This document shows, piece by piece, positions 50,996 to 59,348 of a stretch of DNA of 64,000 nucleotides. Position numbers and translations under genes: made by a program. Below the pieces are notes generated by a model. That model was not told the origin of the DNA, searched no databases, and worked only from the letters and a program-made list of their open reading frames with translations. The stretch's first letter is position 1. Each line of letters starts with the position of its first letter. Origin of the DNA: Ignavibacteriota bacterium. Its GTDB lineage: Bacteria > Bacteroidota > Ignavibacteria > Palsa-1295. The DNA lies in assembly GCA_963776895.1 (NCBI GenBank), contig CAVZOL010000004.1, forward strand, positions 128,402-192,401, read 5' to 3'.

Positions 50996-51047
50996 GGATG
51001 ATTGCTCATCTCTTGATGATCGCTCATCCGTGGATGATCGATCATCC
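50996..51047. repeat. Three tandem copies of a 16-bp palindrome (GGATGATCGCTCATCC consensus), period 18 bp
   Basis: Units GGATGATTGCTCATCT, TGATGATCGCTCATCC and GGATGATCGATCATCC start at 50996, 51014 and 51032. Confidence 0.8.
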
Positions 51048-51450
51048 CTGGCTGGGCATGGTCTCGGGGCAAATTCAGGCTGCGCTGCTTATGGGGCCAT
51101 AAGACGCAGACGGATGGTATTAGTTATCTTATTAGGTAGCTAATCGCTTTGGAGCGTGTGATAGCTTCGGATGGGTTGGGGGCGAACTAAGCGGGAAAAC
51201 ATCCCGCAAAACTTACTGTAACGACTAACTTTTCTATGCCCTCAGAGCCAGTTCCGATTTTTTTTGCTATTTCAGCGCTTCCTGAATCCCGATCGTCATT
51301 GTTCTTGAATACAAATCTACTAAAAATCGGTCAGAATTGTTCTCCAAAATGGCAATTATTTCCCCACATTCTTTCAAGAATCCCCACCGAGTTATCCACC
51401 GGATTTGCCAACTTGTTCGTAAGTTGTTGAAGGGATGGGAAAAGCGCATC

Positions 51451-51555
51451 AATTAAGAACTAAGAGTGAAGAATTAAGAGTTAGAAATTCGCGTTTTTAA
51501 TGCTCAGGTAATTTGACCCATGATTCTTCATTTTTAATTCTTAATTCTTAATTAT
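51451..51555. repeat. Inverted arrays of AATTAAG-type heptamers
   Basis: AATTAAGAACTAAGAGTGAAGAATTAAGAG followed by TTTTAATTCTTAATTCTTTAATT. Confidence 0.65.
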
Positions 51556-51605
51556 TTTCTGTTACCTTTTGGCTTTTCGTTGGTCTTAGTAATAGAGAAT
51601 TCTTT

Positions 51606-54600
51606 TTGCATAATTCTGGAAGAAAGGTAATGTCCGTGTGTTGCAATCGTTTTTTACTTATTGCGGTCTTTTTTTGCGGGTTTTGGGCGAATCAGCTTCG
51701 CGCGCAGGGTGCGCTCGGCGCGCCGGAATGGTTAGAGATGGACGGTTCGGTTGGAAATGTTACTGCGATCTATTTTATCGATCCGCTTCATGGCGTCGCC
51801 GCTGCAAACGGAGGATTCTACTATACCACGCTGGATCTGTGGAACCGCTCGACCGTGAATGGTGGCATTGGTTCGGTACGCTCGATCCGGTTTATTCAAG
51901 GTAAACTCTACGCTGCTTCGCAGGGAACCGATGTTTTAGTCTCTGCCGATTCCGGCAAAACGTGGAATCCTTCGGGTCTCAATCTTAACAATGCCAACGA
52001 TGTCTATGCCGATGCTTCCGGCACGATCCGCATTCTCACGGACCCGATGGTACAATTCGCCCGCATCGACCCCATCCATTGTGTCGCAACCGGGAGTGGA
52101 AGTATTTTTGTGTCTTCCGATGGCGGACAAAACTGGACGACTGCCGTTACGGGAATCAATACTGCCAGCGCCGGCGCGTTTGGCGACTCCTGCTATCATA
52201 CGTTTGTCTGCCCAAGTCCTAAGGAAACAGAAGTGCTTCGCTCGACGGATTCCGGGCAAACCTGGCAATCCGTAATCACCGGCTCCTATCCCTACCCGGA
52301 ATTTATCTATGGCACCAGCACCGTCCCCTATCTTTCCGATATGGAAAGTCTCTTTCGCTCGACCAACGATGGGGGGACCTGGACTCAGATCGCCAGTGTG
52401 TCTGGCGGCCCATACGTGATGGGCATCGGTGGCCCTATGGGTGAACATGCTTGGATCAACTTTCAGGGCGGAATTTGGAAGACGACGGACGGTGGCGATG
52501 GATTCCTGCATAGCGGCGTAAATTTGACCGATTCGAATGGCGCGCCACTGTTTCAGCAGGATACGTTCAGCGTACCGTTCCTGCTTACTTCGATGTGCAA
52601 TCCTTTTTTGATCGCGGTTCCCTTCGAGGCGGACGTCCCCGGCATGTCGGAAACAATAAGTGTAGCGAGCAATAATCCCGGTGATTTTTCTATTATGGGG
52701 TCGAATGCCATCGCGTTATCCATGGGAGATTATGATTCCCTATGGCTTGCATACGACCCACACCACTCCATCGATACCGCAACCATTACGTTCGAAAATC
52801 ATTGGAATTGCTCGGACTGGACGGAAACGAGAACCGTCATCATCCTCTCGTATCCTTCTGCCCAGATCCTTCCGCCTGTGCCCTTCGCTGGGAACTGCAA
52901 ATCGGCCACCGAGGCAGCATTCGTAACATTAGATTCCTGCTCGACGCTTATTGTCGATTCGGTCGATATTCCACCGGAGATCGCTTCCAGATTTCATCTC
53001 AACGCGCCGCTTCCCGATACACTTCGTTTGGGCATTAACGATTCCCTCTCTTTTACGTTCAACCCCGCAGATACGATCGCTTCTATTTTAGATAGCGTAC
53101 AAATCTTCGCGCACATCCTTGGAACGGACTTGAACGATGCCTTGAATTTCTTCAATTATAATGCGTATCTCGGCGATTCGGACTTTACCTCGTTTGCACA
53201 GTTTATTCCGGTCGAGCTTGTAGCATTGCCCAGCGGGGTTGCCTTGTTTGCTGCGGACTCTGCGGTAGCACTTCAACGCGCCTCGTTTTGCGAACGCGCC
53301 ATCGATACAACGGTAACGTTTACCAATGCCGGCTGCGCGCCCGATACGATTGTACAAACCGCCTTGAGCGGAACGGGATATTCGATGACGGGTGCTTCCG
53401 CGCCCATCGTTATCCCTCCGGATAGTTCCATTACTTTCGCGCTGCAATTCCTCGCGCCCGATACCGGCTTATTCCAGGGCGCGCTTAGCTTGACGGTAAA
53501 CTCGAATGAAACGAAATCGCTTTCCATTCCACTTTCGGGAGTGGGGCTTCCGCCGATGGGCATCCTATCCATGCCAACGAGTTCCATCGACGCCGGCGGG
53601 GTTTCTATCTGTTCCGGCGATACCATTGTGATGGACACGCTCTCGAACACCGGCTGCGACACGCTCGTTATCTCTAATGTGAGCGTTGCAGGCGATTCGG
53701 ATTTTACTGTTGTTGCTCCCATCGGGAACTCCCTGATTCCGCCGGATTCTATCGGGATCGTCACGATCCATTTCGAGCCGCTTGCAAAAGGCCCGCGCAG
53801 CGCCTCTGTTTCGTTCCAATCGTCGAACCTCAATGGCACCGGTTCCAGCATAGATACCGGTTTTGCCGTGAGCGGCACCGGCTCGAATGGCACGATGATC
53901 GTATCCGCCGATTCCACGTTCGATGTGGGCCTAACCTCTATCTGCCAGGAGATCGATACATTTGTCGTGGTACAAAATACCGGATGCGATACGCTCAACA
54001 TAACCGCTGCTTCGCTCTCTTCTTCGGCATTTTATTTGGTGAACGATAGCACCCAGGCCCAGCTTACCCCAGGCGCATACGATACCATTTGGCTCAACAC
54101 GCAGATCGATACCACGGGTGGCGCACTGGTTAATATAGATTCCCTTACCATCGTAAGCGATGGGAGTCCGTCCTATACGCACATTGTGCTTTCGCGGGAG
54201 ATCGCGTATCCTGTGACGTGGCGGCTGTATCCATCCCCACCGGACAGTGCAACCGCAGGAACGGACGTGGTATTTAGGATCATCCAATCCAGCACACTAC
54301 CGCCGGATGTGAGTACGCTCAATTTTACGCTTACCTATAATGACGATCTTCTAAGCTTCATTCGTGCTGAAGAGCCATCGGTAGATACGGTTGGCTATAC
54401 GCGAACAGCGGATGGTTTGGCTCATCTTAGCTTCCAGGTCACTCCGGTTCCACTCAATTCTGTCGTCGCGACATTGCATTTTTATCCGTATGTTGCGGCG
54501 AGCTTGCAAACATTTCTCGATGTCGATAGCATTAGCTTGGTCTCTTCGCTTGGCCAATCGGGTTCATGTATTGCGAACGTCAGTGGTCAACCCGCTCAGA

Positions 54601-54923
54601 CCGTTTTTACGTTAGTTCCCTCGTGCGGATCGAATGAGCTTTCGAGTTTATTGCAGAATGGCGCGGTAATTATCGATAACATCGAGCCAAATCCGGCATC
54701 GGGATCGATCGTAGTCGGAGTTTCTTCTGGCGCGCCGCCGGCCACATCCGCAGAGCTTTCTGTTATCGATGCCTTAGGCCGAACGGTGCTTCAGCAGCAT
54801 GTCGTTCTTGCCGGTGGAGAAGATCAATTCCCATTGAATATTGAAGATCTTCCGAGCGGCATTTACGCCATCCAGCTTCACGGCGCGGGACTTGCATCGA
54901 CGCGGGAATTTATCAAGGAATAG
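51606..54923 (+). CDS. Large secreted protein: BNR beta-propeller, several ASH/Ig-like (choice-of-anchor D-like) domains, cohesin-like module and T9SS CTD
   Basis: SxDxGxTW repeats, repeated NTGCDTL-type Ig modules and C-terminal IEPNPASG...LPSGIYAIQL...FIKE. Confidence 0.85.
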   Translation: MHNSGRKVMSVCCNRFLLIAVFFCGFWANQLRAQGALGAPEWLEMDGSVGNVTAIYFIDPLHGVAAANGGFYYTTLDLWNRSTVNGGIGSVRSIRFIQGKLYAASQGTDVLVSADSGKTWNPSGLNLNNANDVYADASGTIRILTDPMVQFARIDPIHCVATGSGSIFVSSDGGQNWTTAVTGINTASAGAFGDSCYHTFVCPSPKETEVLRSTDSGQTWQSVITGSYPYPEFIYGTSTVPYLSDMESLFRSTNDGGTWTQIASVSGGPYVMGIGGPMGEHAWINFQGGIWKTTDGGDGFLHSGVNLTDSNGAPLFQQDTFSVPFLLTSMCNPFLIAVPFEADVPGMSETISVASNNPGDFSIMGSNAIALSMGDYDSLWLAYDPHHSIDTATITFENHWNCSDWTETRTVIILSYPSAQILPPVPFAGNCKSATEAAFVTLDSCSTLIVDSVDIPPEIASRFHLNAPLPDTLRLGINDSLSFTFNPADTIASILDSVQIFAHILGTDLNDALNFFNYNAYLGDSDFTSFAQFIPVELVALPSGVALFAADSAVALQRASFCERAIDTTVTFTNAGCAPDTIVQTALSGTGYSMTGASAPIVIPPDSSITFALQFLAPDTGLFQGALSLTVNSNETKSLSIPLSGVGLPPMGILSMPTSSIDAGGVSICSGDTIVMDTLSNTGCDTLVISNVSVAGDSDFTVVAPIGNSLIPPDSIGIVTIHFEPLAKGPRSASVSFQSSNLNGTGSSIDTGFAVSGTGSNGTMIVSADSTFDVGLTSICQEIDTFVVVQNTGCDTLNITAASLSSSAFYLVNDSTQAQLTPGAYDTIWLNTQIDTTGGALVNIDSLTIVSDGSPSYTHIVLSREIAYPVTWRLYPSPPDSATAGTDVVFRIIQSSTLPPDVSTLNFTLTYNDDLLSFIRAEEPSVDTVGYTRTADGLAHLSFQVTPVPLNSVVATLHFYPYVAASLQTFLDVDSISLVSSLGQSGSCIANVSGQPAQTVFTLVPSCGSNELSSLLQNGAVIIDNIEPNPASGSIVVGVSSGAPPATSAELSVIDALGRTVLQQHVVLAGGEDQFPLNIEDLPSGIYAIQLHGAGLASTREFIKE

Positions 54924-55048
54924 CATTCGCTCGGTATGCCTGCCCTCCGGGCAGCAGGGTATGCAGAAATAAATACCCCAGCAACCATTATCGTGTGTCT
55001 GTTGCTTTCATTGTCACTTACCATGACCGAACTACAGACTCCTCCCGA

Positions 55049-56689
55049 ATGAAGATTTTTGAACGTCCGCTACTCGTTGCACTATGCATTGGTGTCATAT
55101 TGATCGCGATCGTCGTTGTTACGCCGCTCTCGTTCGATGACTTCGTGCTTCGCACGATGGCGATGTATTACTACCGGTTCGGCCGTCTGCCATACCTTGG
55201 AAGTTGGGATCATAACTTTCCCGGCATTCTGATCTTTCATTACCTTGCGATCGTTCTATTCGGCGAACGGGATATTAGCGAACGATTCCTGGATGTGCTC
55301 GTGCAACTCGGATTTTCCGTCTTGCTCTATGGTTTCTTGCGAACATGGATGCGAGGACGTATCGCCGCATTCGGCGTTGTCTTGTATCTTACATATTATG
55401 TAAGCGGAGGCCCTGCCGTGTATAGCCAAAGAGACGTCTATGCCGCCATGGCCCTTATCGGAAGCCTCTATTTATTGGTTCAAACATCGGCGGCAGATGG
55501 CGCAGAATCCCGTGGCACGCATGGAGGGTTCCGTCCTGGAACATTCCGTATCGGCTTGAGCGGCTTTATTGCAGGCTTTTCCGTTCTTATCCGCCCGACG
55601 TTCGTATTGCCGGTACTTTTGATTGCCGTGTACATCCTGCGCTTGCCTTATCGTGGCACTGCACGGCGGTGGAAAATGGCGATCTCCTTTCTCACGATCG
55701 GAGCCATCCCATGCTTTGCTGTGATTCTATTTTATGCTACGATCCCCGGTGGCCTTATGGAACTGTATCGCTCAACCGTGCTCTTTAATCTAGATGTTTA
55801 TACAAAACTGCATGGAGATCCTTCGTGGATTTGTTTAAATCTGGTCTGGAAGGGACTATTGCTTCCCTTTGCGGTCGGTGGAATGATATGGGCACGCCAA
55901 GGGAAGCTGAGTTTCTTGCTGCATCGATCGCTCAGGCGTGAAGACCAATGGCTCTATGGTGGCCTGCTCGCCACGTTATTATTCAGCGCGCTCGTGATGC
56001 AAAAATATTTTCCCTATCATTTTGCTCCTTTTTATATTTTTCTCTGCCCTTTTTCGGCATTGGGCATCGAGTGGGTCTGTTCCCGCATTCACAACCGGAT
56101 CTTCCGCTATTCCGCACTCGTGGCATTCGTATTTCTGTCCACATTTTTTCTCACCAGCCGCCTGAAAGCCCCATTCGTATTTGTTCGAGCGTGGCTGCAC
56201 GGCGATGACGCTGCATCGCAAACGTACTCGGCAATGTATAGCAATCCCGATTTCGGTGCCATCCCGGAACGCGAGGTTATACACTATGTATCGCTGCCGG
56301 GAAATTCATCGGGCGCGGTGGAAGTGTGTTCTTTCGAGCCATCGCTGCGCGCGCATCTGGATCGCAGGCCTTCGGGGCCGTATAACGTGCCGACCGCTAT
56401 TGCACTCACCAGCGATAGCCAGGCAATCGCGAACCCAACCTACACCGATTACCAACGGGCATGGCGAACCGTGTATTTCGACTCGCTATGCTCTGTTAAG
56501 CCCTCGTTTATTATCTTTGCTCGAAACACCGGCATATTATCCTGGCGCGACCCATACCGCTGTTATCTTCAGAACCTTCCCGGTTTCGATAGCCTGCTTC
56601 AGACTTCCTACCGTTACGACACGGAGTTCGGGTGCTACCAAATATTTCGTCGAAGACCGGTTGCTGCCGCGCCGGATTACACTCCGTAA
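55049..56689 (+). CDS. GT-C fold (ArnT/PMT, family 39-like) glycosyltransferase, copy 1
   Basis: DD acidic pair after TM1, LPYLGSWDHNFPGI, multiple TM helices and YHFAPF. Confidence 0.8.
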   Translation: MKIFERPLLVALCIGVILIAIVVVTPLSFDDFVLRTMAMYYYRFGRLPYLGSWDHNFPGILIFHYLAIVLFGERDISERFLDVLVQLGFSVLLYGFLRTWMRGRIAAFGVVLYLTYYVSGGPAVYSQRDVYAAMALIGSLYLLVQTSAADGAESRGTHGGFRPGTFRIGLSGFIAGFSVLIRPTFVLPVLLIAVYILRLPYRGTARRWKMAISFLTIGAIPCFAVILFYATIPGGLMELYRSTVLFNLDVYTKLHGDPSWICLNLVWKGLLLPFAVGGMIWARQGKLSFLLHRSLRREDQWLYGGLLATLLFSALVMQKYFPYHFAPFYIFLCPFSALGIEWVCSRIHNRIFRYSALVAFVFLSTFFLTSRLKAPFVFVRAWLHGDDAASQTYSAMYSNPDFGAIPEREVIHYVSLPGNSSGAVEVCSFEPSLRAHLDRRPSGPYNVPTAIALTSDSQAIANPTYTDYQRAWRTVYFDSLCSVKPSFIIFARNTGILSWRDPYRCYLQNLPGFDSLLQTSYRYDTEFGCYQIFRRRPVAAAPDYTP

Positions 56690-56719
56690 CCCTGTCATCA
56701 TCCGATAATTTTTTCGTTC

Positions 56720-58372
56720 ATGAAACCACTCGAACGTCCACTTCTCGCCGCGTTGGGAATTAGCATGGCGCTACTCACGATCGTAATAATTTCGCCGCTC
56801 AGTACGGACGATCTGGTGTGGCATTCGATCACTCTCGACTTGTATCGATTCGGGAAGATTCCCTACCTCGGCAGTTGGGACCAGAATTTTCCCGGAATAA
56901 TGCTGATCCATTATCTTGCCATTATCATATTTGGCGAGCAGGATCTTGCCCTTCGCTTTCTCGACGTTATCATTCAACTGGGTTTTGCCATGTTGTTCTA
57001 CAAATTTTGCAGGATCTGGCTGAGAGAACAGACGGCTGCGATTGCAGTCGTGCTTTACGTTTTTTACTACGTAAGTGGAAGAGGCTCGCTTTACACCGAG
57101 CGCGATGTCTATGGCATCATGGCTATTATTGCAAGCCTCTATTTTGTACTTCAGAGTGCGCGCAAGCCCGGTCACGGCCAAAATGGCAATACCAAACCTA
57201 TGCAATATATGATCGCAGGTCTCTTCGGTGGATATTCCATTATCATTCGCCCTACATTCGGATTGGCATGTGTGCTTATTGCGGCATTTATTCTATCTGC
57301 TCAGGATCGCAGCCTGCGCAGGGTGCAGAGATGGATGCCAGTCCTGCTCTATACCTGTGCATGTGCGCTGCCCATGATGGCCCTCCTTCTGTTTTACTTT
57401 TCGATTCCCGGAGGGATGAAAGCCTTTTACCTGGCTACGATCCGATTCAATCTTGACGTTTATTCCTCGCTCCATGGGGCTCTGCCGATTCTGATAGTAT
57501 GGATCGTTTTTTTCTGGAGGGGATTGCTCCTCCCGCTTGCTCTTTTGGGATGGATGGCCTTGCGATGGCATTCCAATTCGAAAGCTTCGAGCACAACGCC
57601 TGCCAGCAGGCAGCCGGGTACTTTATGTATTCACCGATCATGGACGCGAAGCGAACGGTTGCTGTATGCAAGCCTGCTGCTGTCTTTTCTGCTTATCGCC
57701 ATGATACAGCCAAACTATTTAGCGTACCACTTCGCGCCATTCTATCTTTTGCTGTGCCCGTTCTCCGCTATCGGGGTCGTATGGACGATGCACTATGTTC
57801 GAGGCTGGTTCCTTCGCACATGCGTCATCGCGATCGTTGGTTCGCTCTATCTCTTTTTCATGGTTGGCGACCGTCGAGAGATCGGTGGATTCGTGCAAGC
57901 GCTCTTCGATGGCGGGAACCCATTTGAAGCGGCGTATGCCCACCATCATTCCAGCGCGAGTTTTGGCGCAGTTCCCGAACGCGAGGTGCTCCACTATCTG
58001 GCGCTTCCGGGCAACGATACCGGTTCGGTCGAGGTGTGCTCGTTCGAGCCGCTGCTTCGCGCTCATTTAAACAGAGCGTTCGCCGGACGTTATGTACTGC
58101 CTACGGCCATCGCTCTTGGAACGAAAAGAGGAACGCTTTCCAAACCCGACTATACCGATTACCAAATCGTGTGGCGGGAGCACTATATGGATTCGCTCCG
58201 CAGCGAGCGTCCGATCTTTATCATTATTGCCCGAAATACAGACTATTGGTATCTACACGATCCCTATCAGACGTATCTTCACACGCTTCCCGGCTTCGAC
58301 AGTCTGCTTCAAGCTTCGTACCGGTATGACACCGCGTTTGGATGCTATCAGATCTTCAGAAGAAACCATTAA
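56720..58372 (+). CDS. GT-C fold glycosyltransferase, copy 2 (tandem paralog)
   Basis: Colinear with copy 1: IPYLGSWDQNFPGI, YHFAPFY, VEVCSFEP and LPGFDSLLQ.SYRYDT.FGCYQIFRR. Confidence 0.8.
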   Translation: MKPLERPLLAALGISMALLTIVIISPLSTDDLVWHSITLDLYRFGKIPYLGSWDQNFPGIMLIHYLAIIIFGEQDLALRFLDVIIQLGFAMLFYKFCRIWLREQTAAIAVVLYVFYYVSGRGSLYTERDVYGIMAIIASLYFVLQSARKPGHGQNGNTKPMQYMIAGLFGGYSIIIRPTFGLACVLIAAFILSAQDRSLRRVQRWMPVLLYTCACALPMMALLLFYFSIPGGMKAFYLATIRFNLDVYSSLHGALPILIVWIVFFWRGLLLPLALLGWMALRWHSNSKASSTTPASRQPGTLCIHRSWTRSERLLYASLLLSFLLIAMIQPNYLAYHFAPFYLLLCPFSAIGVVWTMHYVRGWFLRTCVIAIVGSLYLFFMVGDRREIGGFVQALFDGGNPFEAAYAHHHSSASFGAVPEREVLHYLALPGNDTGSVEVCSFEPLLRAHLNRAFAGRYVLPTAIALGTKRGTLSKPDYTDYQIVWREHYMDSLRSERPIFIIIARNTDYWYLHDPYQTYLHTLPGFDSLLQASYRYDTAFGCYQIFRRNH

Positions 58373-58407
58373 TGGCCGAACCGGGTGCCAATCCTTAAAA
58401 AGATCGC

Positions 58408-59334
58408 TCAAAAATAATAGACCAATCCTGCCGCAGCCCCATACACCAGGTTAGAAGCTGTTGGTTTGAGCGTAATGCTGGAAGGATTCCCAACCCCGAA
58501 CGGTGCATCAAGCGTTTGGCCGTTGGAGGTTTTCAGTTCACCGGTTGTAACCGTCCGCGTTAGCAGGTCAAGGGTGAAGCTCATGTTTTGCATCACACGG
58601 AAATCATTCAAAATATCGAAACTGACTTGATATCCTAACGCCGATGCCGAGCGGGCATAATTGTCTGACCCCGTTCCTGTCTCCGTCTCGGTAGTCAACG
58701 CAAAGACGCCGCCAAATCCGCCGTTCAGACGCAAGCGGTAAAACCGTCCGCTATAAAGGATGAACATTCCTCCCACGACAAAACTGTGTTCCGTGAGATC
58801 GAGCTCTTCGGTCGTTCCGGATATATTGTAAGGAGCCGGAGCCGCGCTATCGACCGAGGTATTGAACCACTTCTCCACCAGATCGTATTCAAAATAGATT
58901 CCCCATGTTTTCGCAAGCTGTGCCTGCCCCGCAACAATCACCGCGCGATCGACCGTGGCGTATTGATTGCGATCGCTCAGTGGATCGGACCGGAGCGTGC
59001 GTTCGGAAAAAAGTTGATTGAGATCGCGCGGGAGAATCTGTAGATACCCACCGTAGCCTGCGAATATACTTAAGAAATCCTCCTGCGGATGGGCCGTCGC
59101 GCGCTCCGCTTGAATCCACCGGTCGAGTTCCGCCTTGCGCGCCCGGTACGCCGAGTCCACTTTGCGGACGGAATCTTCGGGCATCGAGTAACCAATGCTA
59201 TCGGTGCGCGCAGGCATCGCTTGCTGGGCGCAAATGCCGGACGCAAAAAGCAGCGTGAGCGCGAAGAAAAGTATGTACGCAAGGAACAAGGGGGAACTGA
59301 CAAGAGTATGGGCAATTACTTTTGACATCATCAC
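58408..59334 (-). CDS. Putative outer-membrane beta-barrel protein
   Basis: Signal peptide, amphipathic strands and a C-terminal AAGLVYYF. Confidence 0.7.
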   Translation of the reverse strand: MMMSKVIAHTLVSSPLFLAYILFFALTLLFASGICAQQAMPARTDSIGYSMPEDSVRKVDSAYRARKAELDRWIQAERATAHPQEDFLSIFAGYGGYLQILPRDLNQLFSERTLRSDPLSDRNQYATVDRAVIVAGQAQLAKTWGIYFEYDLVEKWFNTSVDSAAPAPYNISGTTEELDLTEHSFVVGGMFILYSGRFYRLRLNGGFGGVFALTTETETGTGSDNYARSASALGYQVSFDILNDFRVMQNMSFTLDLLTRTVTTGELKTSNGQTLDAPFGVGNPSSITLKPTASNLVYGAAAGLVYYF

Positions 59335-59348
59335 AAAAAAAGTGCTAA

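Noticed and set aside
50881-51072. 63-aa leader-peptide ORF upstream of nrdJ
   Set aside because: It has a TTG start, its repetitive peptide is explained by the DNA palindrome array, and there is no independent support.
51190-51255. Cobalamin riboswitch (GGGAA...ACTGTAA...GAGCCAG)
   Set aside because: It lacks the GGTGnAAnTCC core and the CCC pairing segment, and it faces away from nrdJ.
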